Assembly: GCA_016214325.1 (NCBI GenBank)
Contig: JACROS010000005.1
Location: forward strand, 1-40,175
Direction: 5' to 3'
Length of the DNA: 40,175 nucleotides
DNA from: Candidatus Omnitrophota bacterium
GTDB taxonomy: Bacteria; Omnitrophota; Gorgyraeia; Gygaellales; Profunditerraquicolaceae
Shown: piece by piece, positions 27,158 to 39,301 of the stretch
Numbering within the stretch: the first letter of the stretch is position 1
How the letters are laid out: every line of letters begins with the position of its first letter
The notes under the pieces: generated by a model
The model's database searches: none
Seen by the model: the letters and a program-made list of their open reading frames with translations, nothing else
Told to the model about the DNA's origin: nothing
Program-made: the position numbers and the translations under genes

Positions 27158-27208
27158 AAAATAGCTCCTCCCGCCAAAAACTATCTTTTAGCCAACAAAA
27201 AACAAATA

Positions 27209-29485
27209 TTAAAATATCCTACTTAATCCGTTACTATCAATAACCTCAAGCCTAATTCTGTAACTTCCACTTTGCATGCCTTTTTCATCTGAGAGGTCTC
27301 TGCTATTCCAAAAAGAACCATTAAAGAAATTTGAAGTTGTGCTACTACTTGCAAGACTAACTCTCCCAGCAACCCGATAATCACCTTTTTCTAAATAATT
27401 ATAAATAGACGTTTCAAAATCTGTCCTGGCAAAAAGCGGGCCTACAAAATATTTTTGATTATCAAGAATCGGATAGTCGCCATATACTCTAATATTACCC
27501 TGGCTCTTATTAATATCTGACCTAAGTTCAAGCTCAACCTTAAGACTCCCTCTTTCGTTTAACAATGACAAATCCATTGGAATAGAAAACCACCTGCGCA
27601 TTAAAGAAGCATCTTTGACAACATAATCATAAGCAAAGAAATTATATCCCTTGCCCTCAATAGACAGCTTCTTAGCAAACCTCTTTACCTCTTGAGCGTT
27701 AACCAAAACAATCAATTCTCCGGAGAAATAACCTTCCTGCCGCATATCAATCAATAAATTTGCTTTCCTTGCATTAACGAGTCCGCTGTTACCAATTGTG
27801 ATTTCCTGAGTTATCTTCTTACCTTCACCAAGATTAGCAAACCATTCCTGCCATGACCGATTGAACCTAACTCCATCAGTATAGGCCCAAGAATTAAAAA
27901 TCACGAAATAAAACAATAAAAGAATAATCAATGTGGCGGTTTTTTTTACTTTTGATAAATACGATAAAAGAATACCTAGGCCAGAGAGAAATAAAATCAT
28001 GCTAATATTTTTTATCCCCAGGTTAACTAAAAATGCTGTAAATGGCCCAAGCTGTTTAAAGACAGCCAACAAAATAGGGACAGTCAAATATTGAGAAACC
28101 AGGTAAAAACACAAAGCTGCTAATAGCACAAACAAGGCTCTATTCTTACTCATGGAACTAAGTTTACAAAATAGCCCCCATAAATAAAAACAAGTATATA
28201 CTGAAATTAGAAACACAAAAGGCATAACTGGTAAAAGATAGCGCGGGTCTAAAACAATAAGGCTGTTAATTAACGCTAAATAAATAACAGGAATAGCCAA
28301 GAATACAGACAGCTGAACAGAACAAGAGCTTAGAATCAAAGCTACCGGCAATAAAAAAGCTAGAAATCTACGCAATGAATCAAATAAAAAATTGCACTGA
28401 TCAGGCCACCAAAAAACAGTTGAATTCCACCAATGATTGGCAATTTTTGAAAGATAAAGAGTAATAAATCCGGAAAAATCTTTTACTACCGCGCCAAAAA
28501 AAGCCTTGTAACAAACAAAATTTGGAGGATTTATCTGCCCACTCCAGCTAAATCCCTGATTCTTCAACCAATTGATTAACTGAGGGCCAAGATTAGCCCT
28601 ATCAGCATCGGTAAAATAAAACCAGCCTGTAACATCATTATTTATTGGTATAACCAAATCACTCTTAATCAAAGAAAGCGGCCCAGAGAAATTTTTTAAT
28701 GTTGTTCCGAATTTATGCGATTCTAATGAAGAAAAATAAACCCAGATAAATAGCGGTGCCAAGAAACCAACAGCAACTAATGCAAACTTTCCCAATATAA
28801 CTGTTTTTTGCTTGCTAAACACAAAAACAAAGACTGCCCCAAGAAACAAAAAAAGATAAAAATGCATAAATGCCAAACGCCCGGTGCATAATAAAAAGAG
28901 GCTTATACCAGACAAAAAAAGTGGTATTTTAAGATTATCTAACAAACCTTTAATTAATAAATATATAGTAGCTACAAGAAGAAATGTAATTATAGTTTCC
29001 TGCATAATCTGAGAAGCAAAAGACACAAAAGGTAAATATAAGGCACAAAAAAGAGCAGCAATAACGCCGATCTTAAAACTGAACAAACGCTTACCTAGCA
29101 AAAATACGACTACACAAGTAAAAGAACTTAATAAAGCCTGAAAAATGAATATAGAAAGAAAGTTGTTCGTCCCAAACAAAATAAACAACAAAGCATAAAT
29201 TAACGGTTGAATAAGGCCCGTACGAAAAACAGTTATCGGGGCAACGATGCCATATTTACTCAAAATATCCTGCCCAGAACCAAGGTTTCCTTTTAAGAAT
29301 TCCCGGAAAAACACCGGGAGATTTGACAAAACACTATAAACTTCATTGGTTGAAGAAAGATACAGTTCGGAATCAGAACCAGAAAGTATAGTTTTCTGAT
29401 AACTAGAAGCACCCAACCCAAACCGAAACAATAGTGCAAATAAAAATATTGTTACCGGGACCGTGATTCTTGCAAAACTCATCAT
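27209..29485 (-). CDS. GT-C-fold membrane glycosyltransferase-like protein (ArnT/PMT_2-like) with C-terminal soluble beta-rich domain
   Basis: About 758 aa. The first ~540 aa contain many TM helices, with an early loop SGSDSELYLSSTNEVY resembling the D-x-x-Y loop of GT39/GT83 enzymes. The last ~220 aa are hydrophilic and beta-rich. The ATG at 29485 is preceded by AAGGCGG; the track start at 29488 is a TTG. Confidence 0.55.
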   Translation of the reverse strand: MMSFARITVPVTIFLFALLFRFGLGASSYQKTILSGSDSELYLSSTNEVYSVLSNLPVFFREFLKGNLGSGQDILSKYGIVAPITVFRTGLIQPLIYALLFILFGTNNFLSIFIFQALLSSFTCVVVFLLGKRLFSFKIGVIAALFCALYLPFVSFASQIMQETIITFLLVATIYLLIKGLLDNLKIPLFLSGISLFLLCTGRLAFMHFYLFLFLGAVFVFVFSKQKTVILGKFALVAVGFLAPLFIWVYFSSLESHKFGTTLKNFSGPLSLIKSDLVIPINNDVTGWFYFTDADRANLGPQLINWLKNQGFSWSGQINPPNFVCYKAFFGAVVKDFSGFITLYLSKIANHWWNSTVFWWPDQCNFLFDSLRRFLAFLLPVALILSSCSVQLSVFLAIPVIYLALINSLIVLDPRYLLPVMPFVFLISVYTCFYLWGLFCKLSSMSKNRALFVLLAALCFYLVSQYLTVPILLAVFKQLGPFTAFLVNLGIKNISMILFLSGLGILLSYLSKVKKTATLIILLLFYFVIFNSWAYTDGVRFNRSWQEWFANLGEGKKITQEITIGNSGLVNARKANLLIDMRQEGYFSGELIVLVNAQEVKRFAKKLSIEGKGYNFFAYDYVVKDASLMRRWFSIPMDLSLLNERGSLKVELELRSDINKSQGNIRVYGDYPILDNQKYFVGPLFARTDFETSIYNYLEKGDYRVAGRVSLASSSTTSNFFNGSFWNSRDLSDEKGMQSGSYRIRLEVIDSNGLSRIF

Positions 29486-29493
29486 CAACCGCC

Positions 29494-31913
<2,420 letters not shown>

Positions 31914-31921
31914 TTATCCCT

Positions 31922-32560
31922 CTATAGTTTCCTGCAATTTAACACAATATAAAATGAGTAATCCAAACCAACAAAAAACGGAAATCTTTTTAGTCTTTCA
32001 ATTTTTATTTTGTTTTGTACTGCCTTGATTATTTGCCTATGCCCCCATTTATGAATATCGCAAACATTATATCCCATAGACTTAAAACCTAAAGACATCA
32101 AGAAATTATCCACCGGCACTCCCACAATAATTTGTCCGGAAGGCCTGGCAACCCTAACAATCTCATCTATACAAGAATCTAAGTTTTCCATATGTTCTAA
32201 AACACTCAAACAAACAATACAATCAAAACTGTCGTTTTTATAGGGCAAATTAGAAATATCACCAGACGCTAAATAAGCAAACTTATTTTCCTTTTTCAGC
32301 ATTTTCTTCACAGGCCCTGCATTTAAGTGGCTATCCAAGCCAAAGATCTTTTGAGAATGCCTGCTCAATTCCGGCAACAATATTCCGCTGCCATAGCCAA
32401 GGTCTAAAATATTTTCCTTCGATTCTTTATCAATTAAGCCCACTGCTAAGGCAAGCCTTTTTAAATAAAAATTTCTCATAATTGACTTATAATAAAACAA
32501 GGCCGGATCTTCGGGACCTGTAACTGGGATATTACCTTTATCTGGAAGCAGGATATTCAT
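31922..32560 (-). CDS. class I SAM-dependent methyltransferase
   Basis: 212 aa. Motifs ILDLGYGSGILLPEL, LPYKNDSFDCIVCLSVLEHMEN and PSGQIIVGVP. Confidence 0.75.
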   Translation of the reverse strand: MNILLPDKGNIPVTGPEDPALFYYKSIMRNFYLKRLALAVGLIDKESKENILDLGYGSGILLPELSRHSQKIFGLDSHLNAGPVKKMLKKENKFAYLASGDISNLPYKNDSFDCIVCLSVLEHMENLDSCIDEIVRVARPSGQIIVGVPVDNFLMSLGFKSMGYNVCDIHKWGHRQIIKAVQNKIKIERLKRFPFFVGLDYSFYIVLNCRKL

Positions 32561-32562
32561 AC

Positions 32563-33297
32563 TTAAACTTTCTGTGCATAAATAAGCAGTGAACCGGAAA
32601 TCTCCTTTAAGACCGGAATCCTTTCAACCAGCCTCCCCAACAAAGAAACAAAGCCTACCAGCTTAGCCGGAGTTGCAGGATGAAGAAAATCAAAAGGAAA
32701 AACCTTGATTGCGCTAAAACCTGAGCCCTTAAGAGTATTTTTAACCCTCCACCTTATAAAAGCAGACTCACTATCCACATCCCCGCTTAAGCGTTTTAAA
32801 AAAAGTATATTTTTCACCAAGAAAATCTGCGGATTAAGCATGTTTGGCTCAGAAAAAACAAGCTTCCCTTTTTGTTTTAATGTTCGGTACACTTCTCTTA
32901 AAATTATCCCCAAATTTAAATGGTGCAAAATCGATACACCGACAATCTCATCAAAAGCTTTGCCCTTAAAAGGCAGGGCTTCAGCATCTGCTACAATAAA
33001 ATAAACTTTATTCTCCTGGCACTTTTCTTTTGCTTTCTTTATAAGGTCAAAAGAAATATCAACTGCTGCGAGTTTCTTAACGCCTTTTCTTAAAAAACGG
33101 CTTGTAAACTCGCCTGTTCCACACCCTAGCTCCAAAACAAAATTAGAATTTACAAAATTACCTAAATCACAAAGATACTCCGCCCTTCTCTGTGCCCTTA
33201 TCTTGCCTGCGGGACTCGCCCAACCCCAAACTGACTCGGCATGATCCTTAATCTTTTTCCCGTGGATAACTTCAGCTGACTTCTTAATATTCTTCAT
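32563..33297 (-). CDS. class I SAM-dependent methyltransferase
   Basis: 244 aa. Motifs VLELGCGTGEFTSRF, VADAEALPFKGKAFDEIVGVSILHHL and KGKLVFSEPN. Confidence 0.8.
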   Translation of the reverse strand: MKNIKKSAEVIHGKKIKDHAESVWGWASPAGKIRAQRRAEYLCDLGNFVNSNFVLELGCGTGEFTSRFLRKGVKKLAAVDISFDLIKKAKEKCQENKVYFIVADAEALPFKGKAFDEIVGVSILHHLNLGIILREVYRTLKQKGKLVFSEPNMLNPQIFLVKNILFLKRLSGDVDSESAFIRWRVKNTLKGSGFSAIKVFPFDFLHPATPAKLVGFVSLLGRLVERIPVLKEISGSLLIYAQKV

Positions 33298-33307
33298 GGG
33301 CTTTATA

Positions 33308-34570
33308 TTAATAACACTCTTTCATATTGTTGTGTTTATGAAATATCTGACACAGGCCAAAAAAACAAAAAATCAATATAAACGGAAAAGCTGGAATACT
33401 ATAGCGAGTTTCAATATGAATTGGCAAATGCACAAAACTAAAATAGAACGGAACAAAATATACAAAAGCAAATCTTTTCCACTGGCTCCTCAAAAATAAT
33501 CCAGTTAAGAGAAAGACAACGATAGGTAGCAAATGTAAGAAAAATATTATAACAAACTTTAAAATCAACAATCCAAACGACCCAATCTTGAATAAAGAGG
33601 AATTTGATAACCTAACTAAGTATGAACTGCCAATCCAGAGAAAAGGATGATTGCGCAGCCTTCTTAATATATAAGAAACCGGATTATTCTTAATATTAAC
33701 TAAAGCAGCCCGCCACATTTTTTTCTCTACATAAATCACACGGCCGCTTGACAGGCCCATTAAATATTCTGCATAGAGAGGGTCTTTCTGAGCGGTTATA
33801 TGGCACTCCTGCTGTTTTACATCATCATAAACATTCTCATTTACCGTAGCTAAATATAAATTTACCCCTTTTCCTCCGCTAGATATAGGAATAAACTCGC
33901 CTGTGACTCTGTAGTTTCTTATTCCCCAGGGAATTAATAATATGACAAAACCCAATAAAAAGACAAAAGCATTTTTTAAAAAAACTTTTCTAGGATTTAA
34001 CAACAAAAGAAAAACAAGAACATAAACAAAAAAGAATTGAGATGTAGGTTTGGTAAGCGTAGCAGCCCCCAATAAAATACCGCCAATAAAAAATAATAAC
34101 GCCCTTTGATAGCGAAATGCCTTAACAAATAATAAAACGGCCCCCGTAAATATAAATGTAAAAAGTGTTTCAGTCATAAGCGTAGTTGCTGTCCAGGAGA
34201 GGAATGGATGTAAAGCACAAATTAATCCGCTTCCAAATGCTATGCGTTTATCAAATAAATCCAGAGCAATAAAATAAACCAACAAGCATGTCAGGGCGCT
34301 AATAATACATTGAACTATAAAGACGGGCATATCATTAATACCAAAAAGCCAATAAAATACTGCTATAAAGAAAGGGTAAACCGGCGTTCTAAAAGTTGAA
34401 GGAACTTTAGGATTATTTTCAGAAAATGAAAAAATATGGTAGTTAACTAAATTCTCTCCGTAAGTTCTGTACTCATCGCTATCCCCTGTTTCAACAGGAC
34501 TCAGCAAAAATAATAAACGGACCACTAAAGCAGCAATAAATATAATAAAAAGTGATTTCCCCGTACCCAT
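33308..34570 (-). CDS. GT-C-fold membrane glycosyltransferase (ArnT/PMT_2, GT39/GT83-like)
   Basis: About 420 aa multi-pass protein. The N-terminus ...VVRLLFLLSPVETGDSDEYRTYGENLVNYHIFS...FRTPVYPFFIAV matches the D-x-x-Y / R-x-P-x-YP pattern of ArnT-like enzymes. The ATG at 34570 is preceded by AAGGAG; the track start at 34573 is a TTG. Confidence 0.7.
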   Translation of the reverse strand: MGTGKSLFIIFIAALVVRLLFLLSPVETGDSDEYRTYGENLVNYHIFSFSENNPKVPSTFRTPVYPFFIAVFYWLFGINDMPVFIVQCIISALTCLLVYFIALDLFDKRIAFGSGLICALHPFLSWTATTLMTETLFTFIFTGAVLLFVKAFRYQRALLFFIGGILLGAATLTKPTSQFFFVYVLVFLLLLNPRKVFLKNAFVFLLGFVILLIPWGIRNYRVTGEFIPISSGGKGVNLYLATVNENVYDDVKQQECHITAQKDPLYAEYLMGLSSGRVIYVEKKMWRAALVNIKNNPVSYILRRLRNHPFLWIGSSYLVRLSNSSLFKIGSFGLLILKFVIIFFLHLLPIVVFLLTGLFLRSQWKRFAFVYFVPFYFSFVHLPIHIETRYSIPAFPFILIFCFFGLCQIFHKHNNMKECY

Positions 34571-34573
34571 CAA

Positions 34574-35311
34574 CTACTCCTTTGGTTTTTGATATATCCC
34601 GCAGATGGTCAATCCAAAAGGAAAACTTAAGTTGCTTTTAATTATTAAATTCTCAAGATGTAAAACTTTATAAAAAATACTGTTTAACAAAGGCGGTAAA
34701 TTCATCACGCTATCAGGGCTCGAACAAGATATGTCCTGCGAAGAAGACCGATTATCAATTGTCCGTTTTAAATAAACAAACGCGAATAAAAAGAAAAACC
34801 AGAAACCAAGATATTTGCGCTTAAGGCCGCTGAATTTATCCTTTATCACAGACAAATCATACCTTCTAAAATGCCCCAGGGACCGATCATGCCTGCTAAA
34901 AATTGATGAAATTGCAGGAACAGTAAAGATTACTAAACCAGACGGCTTAAGAATGCGTTTTATCTCAGAGATAGCCAAATCATCATCCTGAATATGCTCT
35001 AATGCATCAAAACAAAAAATCAGGTCAAATGAAGAATCCGGAAAACTGTTATAACAAATATCCTGCAAGATCTTCTCGCAAAACCCTCCAGGAATCAAAT
35101 CTAATGCATCTTTGTTTATATCTAAAGCACAAACACGCCCCAAATCTTTTAAGTGGCCCAATTCCTCGCCTGTGCCTGTACCTACGCTCAACACCGAAAG
35201 ATCCGGCCCTGATTTATTTAACTTAGAAACCATAATCTTCACTAAGCCTTGCTTTGCCTTAAAATAGAAATTGTTCTTTGAGGCTCCGGAAATATAATCA
35301 CTATAATCCAT
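34574..35311 (-). CDS. class I SAM-dependent methyltransferase
   Basis: 245 aa. Motifs VLSVGTGTGEELGHL, FPDSSFDLIFCFDALEHIQDD and PSGLVIFTVP, followed by a hydrophobic segment YLGFWFFFLFAFVYL. Confidence 0.75.
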   Translation of the reverse strand: MDYSDYISGASKNNFYFKAKQGLVKIMVSKLNKSGPDLSVLSVGTGTGEELGHLKDLGRVCALDINKDALDLIPGGFCEKILQDICYNSFPDSSFDLIFCFDALEHIQDDDLAISEIKRILKPSGLVIFTVPAISSIFSRHDRSLGHFRRYDLSVIKDKFSGLKRKYLGFWFFFLFAFVYLKRTIDNRSSSQDISCSSPDSVMNLPPLLNSIFYKVLHLENLIIKSNLSFPFGLTICGIYQKPKE

Positions 35312-35313
35312 AT

Positions 35314-37746
35314 TTATAGATCTTTCTTTTTAGCAATCCAAATAAACGCTAAAAGCGCTGCAAAGTAAGCCGTAAAGCCGGACCAAAACGTAAATGCAAT
35401 ACCCCAATTTAAAGATAAAGCTACCGCAAGCACGGAAGCGCATACAGAAGTTGCGCCGTTTATTCCCCAAAACCAAGAGCTAAAAAATGAAAACCTTCTA
35501 TTTGTAATCTTCATTCCTAAAGGAAAAGCCATCCCCATAAAAAGCCCCGCCGGGAACAAAATAACTACAGCTACAATTATTCTGATTAAAGTTGTAAAAC
35601 TATCAAACATAACTATAGCTCCCGGGGTAACTATCCCAAAAATTAAGAGAACGAATAAATTCAGCAAAAGCCTGATTAATCCCCTTCTAAATACAATAGA
35701 ATCATCTATTTTTGAAGTTAAAAAACTGCCTATGCCGCTGGATAACAGAAGAGTAAACAACACTACCGATAAACCATAAGTAGGATGGCCCAGAAAAACA
35801 CTCAACCTTTGCATTTGAGATATTTCAATAAACATGAAACCAAGGCCAATGGCCCCAAAATAAATAAAACCCGGGACCACGTCCCCTGATACTGTTCCTT
35901 TTCCAGACAACGCAAGCGGGACAATCACACAAATTATGGTTAAACCAAATACTATAATTAATAAAAACCCTAAAATAGAAATTGCCTTCATGTTAAAACT
36001 TACCATGCCCTGATCCCATAATTTATAATTAAATACATCTTTAAACCTAAGCATATGAAAGAAAAACGGATTATTATCCCTAGGAGCTGAAATATTTATT
36101 GGAAAATCTGAGATATACTTATCTGAATCTGCTAAAGACATGATTCCTGCAAACTTATCATCGGCACAGTAAACAGGGCTAAGGACAATATCAAACTTGA
36201 GCCTTTTTGCAACGTCTTCAATTATGCTCAAGTCTTTCTGGGAAAAAGCCTGCCTGCTGACAAGTATTGTGCCTACGCCGTCTGGCATATCTTTTAGATT
36301 ACCCCACCACATATTTTTTAATATAAGAATGTGATCCCTTGGATTAACAATACCCAATTCTTTTAAAGAAGCATTGGCCAAAGAAGTCAATCTGTAGATT
36401 TCTCCCGGCCTATCCTTAAAAAACCATCTTGAAAAAGTTAAAACACCATTTGTATTTAAGTGCCGCAAGAAGATCTTCCAAGCTTCTACAGTATACAAAG
36501 AACTCTCTGCCAAAACAAAAGCCCCTGATGCTGTCGCGGCCCAAGTATCAATAAAAGAAACCTGTATAATATCAAATTTGCTTGGGCTTCTTGCGACAAA
36601 ACTACGAGCCTCATCATTAACAAATTTTACCCTCCTATCATCTGACAAGTGCCCTGTAAAATCTCCAAAACGCTTATTTACCACATCAATGATATTCTGA
36701 TTGATCTCAACTCCTACTACCGACTTCTGATTAAAAGCCAGAGCAGAAAGCACATCCCTTCCACCGCCGGAACCAACAACCAAAACGCTGGCATTAGGCC
36801 TCATATAATGCACGAGATTCATAATATCATATTTCAGATATTCAACGCTCTGGGGATTGCCGTCATAACCTGTCAACACGGTAGTAACAGAAGCATCTAT
36901 ATCAATAACCAACTGCCTTGCCTTTGCCTCATAATCATACACTGAACTAAACCCCCAGCTTTGAGGCCTGGACAATTTATTGGGTTCACCGCTAACCCTG
37001 ACCCTAGAGAAAGCATTCCACTTTTCAAAGATTGCAGGCGGCTCAAAGGATCCTTTCACCCACATAAGCCGCAATAAAGGCAAATTAATTCTAGCCCTAA
37101 CTGTATTAACAATCACAAACCCAAACAGTAATACACTGCAAATTATAGCTATTTTATACAACTTGCCATTCGATGCTTCTTGAGAAAAAAATATAGCTCC
37201 TAAACAAGCAAGCAAAGCAACAACAAAAACAGCAGAAGGCCCATCAACAAAACTCAGAATATACACAATCAGTATGCATCCTAGCGCAGCACCCGCTAAA
37301 TCAGCAGCATATAATTTACTTATCTGGCGGGGAAACCTTGTTAAACAAAGGCAAACACATATACCGCTAAAAATAAACGGAAAAGATATAACAATATATG
37401 TCAAAGCTATAGAATAAAAACCTACCAATGAAGCTACAAAAGACTTTTCATAGCAAAACGGAATGGTCAAATGGGTAAGAAAGCTAATTACTATTGAAAC
37501 AGCAAAGAATAAAGAAAATAAACTTAAGTGATACTTAGTTCTTGAATAAGTAAAATAGTTTGGTATTAGATATACACATAATGCACCTATAGTCATGCCA
37601 AACATAGCTATTGAAACAGCCACAAAAGCAAAATGATACCACATAGTTACGCTGAAAATTCGGGTAAGCAAAATTTCGTACATTAATGTAGCAAGAGTTA
37701 CCATAAACAAACCACAATAAGCCTTCCACTTAACACCTTTTTCCAT
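35314..37746 (-). CDS. fused polytopic membrane / spermidine-synthase-fold protein
   Basis: About 810 aa. N-terminal ~7 TM helices are followed by a central soluble domain and then further C-terminal TM helices. The central domain reads VLVVGSGGGRDVLSALAFNQKSVVGVEINQNIIDV...DDRRVKFVNDEARSFVARSPSKFDIIQVSFIDTW (SpeE/PABS-like). The ATG at 37746 is preceded by AAGGAG; the track start at 37764 is a TTG. Confidence 0.7.
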   Translation of the reverse strand: MEKGVKWKAYCGLFMVTLATLMYEILLTRIFSVTMWYHFAFVAVSIAMFGMTIGALCVYLIPNYFTYSRTKYHLSLFSLFFAVSIVISFLTHLTIPFCYEKSFVASLVGFYSIALTYIVISFPFIFSGICVCLCLTRFPRQISKLYAADLAGAALGCILIVYILSFVDGPSAVFVVALLACLGAIFFSQEASNGKLYKIAIICSVLLFGFVIVNTVRARINLPLLRLMWVKGSFEPPAIFEKWNAFSRVRVSGEPNKLSRPQSWGFSSVYDYEAKARQLVIDIDASVTTVLTGYDGNPQSVEYLKYDIMNLVHYMRPNASVLVVGSGGGRDVLSALAFNQKSVVGVEINQNIIDVVNKRFGDFTGHLSDDRRVKFVNDEARSFVARSPSKFDIIQVSFIDTWAATASGAFVLAESSLYTVEAWKIFLRHLNTNGVLTFSRWFFKDRPGEIYRLTSLANASLKELGIVNPRDHILILKNMWWGNLKDMPDGVGTILVSRQAFSQKDLSIIEDVAKRLKFDIVLSPVYCADDKFAGIMSLADSDKYISDFPINISAPRDNNPFFFHMLRFKDVFNYKLWDQGMVSFNMKAISILGFLLIIVFGLTIICVIVPLALSGKGTVSGDVVPGFIYFGAIGLGFMFIEISQMQRLSVFLGHPTYGLSVVLFTLLLSSGIGSFLTSKIDDSIVFRRGLIRLLLNLFVLLIFGIVTPGAIVMFDSFTTLIRIIVAVVILFPAGLFMGMAFPLGMKITNRRFSFFSSWFWGINGATSVCASVLAVALSLNWGIAFTFWSGFTAYFAALLAFIWIAKKKDL

Positions 37747-37757
37747 ATAATTCTCCT

Positions 37758-38864
37758 TTAACAAAACCTATTGGTAACCTTAGCAATTCTTACTGCACTC
37801 TCCAAGCTCATCACCGGGCTTATAGGCAAACTTAAAGCATGTTTATGAATATTCTCAGTAATAGGAAAACTGCACCCTTTCCATTCCCTATAGGCCTTCT
37901 GCTGATGTGGAGCAACAGGATAATGGATAAGCGTTTCAATTCCGTTTTTCTTCAAGAAACTTTGCAATTTATCCCTGTTCTTAGCTCTAACAACAAATAA
38001 ATGCCAAACTGGAACAACATTTTTCAATACATAAGGCAGGACGATACTGCTATTTTTAATATTTCGCAGCAAATAATCTGCAATGGATGAACGTGCTTTA
38101 TTATCTTGGTCTAAATGCTTTAAATTCACCCTCAACAACGATGCCTGAACTTCGTCGAGACGAGAATTCAAACCTTTATAAATATTTATGTATTTTGAAC
38201 AACAACCATAATTCCTTAAGGATAAAATGCACTCAGCAAGCTTTTGGTTATTTGTTGTTACAGCTCCGGCATCGCCTAATGCACCGAGATTCTTGCTCGG
38301 ATAAAAACTAAAACCGGCAGCATCGCCCAAACCTCCACATTTCTTGCCGTTAAATAATGCGCCGTGTGCCTGTGCTGCATCCTCAATAACTTTTAAGCCA
38401 AATTTCTTTCCTATTCTGTTTATTACAGACATCTGCGCTGGCTGCCCATAAAGATGCACTGCCAAAATTGCCCTGGTTCTTGAGTTAATCTTCGCTTCAA
38501 TTTCTCCGGGATCAATATTATATGTCCTGATATCCGGCTCTACCAATACCGGCTTTAATCCGCTTCTTGTAATTGCTAAGATTGTAGCAATATATGTATT
38601 AGCAGGCACAATCACTTCATCATTATCTTTCATTAAACCTAATTCTTTATAAGCCAGAAAGATTAATGTTAAGGCATCAAGGCCGTTACCAACGCCAATA
38701 CAATACTTGACACAACAGTAGTTTGCAAACTCCTTCTCAAAAATATTAACCTCTTCTCCCAAAATATATCTTCCGCTTTTTAACACCCTTTCAAAAGCAG
38801 TTGTTAACTGTTTCAGGTAGCGTAAGTTTATTGCTCTTAAGTCAAGAAAGGAGACATTCTTCAT
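37758..38864 (-). CDS. DegT/DnrJ/EryC1/StrS-family PLP-dependent sugar aminotransferase (FdtB/QdtB-like)
   Basis: 368 aa. Motifs [22 protein letters not shown] and [16 protein letters not shown] (catalytic Lys block). Coupled by ATGA to the upstream 3,4-ketoisomerase gene. Confidence 0.9.
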   Translation of the reverse strand: MKNVSFLDLRAINLRYLKQLTTAFERVLKSGRYILGEEVNIFEKEFANYCCVKYCIGVGNGLDALTLIFLAYKELGLMKDNDEVIVPANTYIATILAITRSGLKPVLVEPDIRTYNIDPGEIEAKINSRTRAILAVHLYGQPAQMSVINRIGKKFGLKVIEDAAQAHGALFNGKKCGGLGDAAGFSFYPSKNLGALGDAGAVTTNNQKLAECILSLRNYGCCSKYINIYKGLNSRLDEVQASLLRVNLKHLDQDNKARSSIADYLLRNIKNSSIVLPYVLKNVVPVWHLFVVRAKNRDKLQSFLKKNGIETLIHYPVAPHQQKAYREWKGCSFPITENIHKHALSLPISPVMSLESAVRIAKVTNRFC

Positions 38865-39283
38865 TTATCTTTTCTTTGTTTTGCTTTTATCGCTGAAAGA
38901 AAATCTTTATAATCCCTGTAATAGTCATTGCCTTCATAATATTCTGAGGCCAAAGCCATACATACAGACCCGGAAGAGAAATTATCAATTTCCCTCCAGA
39001 TAAGAGGAGGTATGTGTAAACCAAAATATGACCTATTCAAGTGGAATCTTTTACGTTTATGGCCATCATCCAAGACAACATCAAAACTACCGGACATTGC
39101 AACTAGAAACTGATGGCACTCTCTTAATGCATGGCCCGCCCTCAACGCACCACCTGGAACATCATACAAATAAAAAACCCTCTTAATATTAAATGGAATA
39201 TGCCGGCTATTTTCAATAAAAGTAAGATTCCCCCGGGGGTCTTCTATTCTCGGGAGCTTAACAATTTTTATTTTATCAATCAT
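38861..39283 (-). CDS. FdtA/QdtA (WxcM-like) cupin sugar-nucleotide 3,4-ketoisomerase
   Basis: 140 aa. [15 protein letters not shown]...[39 protein letters not shown] matches the FdtA cupin family. A GGGAGGA SD lies upstream. Confidence 0.85.
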   Translation of the reverse strand: MIDKIKIVKLPRIEDPRGNLTFIENSRHIPFNIKRVFYLYDVPGGALRAGHALRECHQFLVAMSGSFDVVLDDGHKRKRFHLNRSYFGLHIPPLIWREIDNFSSGSVCMALASEYYEGNDYYRDYKDFLSAIKAKQRKDK

Positions 39284-39301
39284 AATATCCTCCCTAATAA
39301 C

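Noticed and set aside
27103-27208. Possible internal promoter or terminator in the largest gap.
   Set aside because: There is no GC-rich hairpin followed by a T-tract after the upstream stop at 27209. There are only weak, non-canonically spaced TTG.../TA...-like hexamers. The gap is better explained by the SD and start of the small ORF.
31922-33297. Two adjacent class I methyltransferases as a recent tandem duplication.
   Set aside because: The translations share only the generic class I motifs and differ in length and motif spacing. No extended nucleotide similarity was visible by eye.
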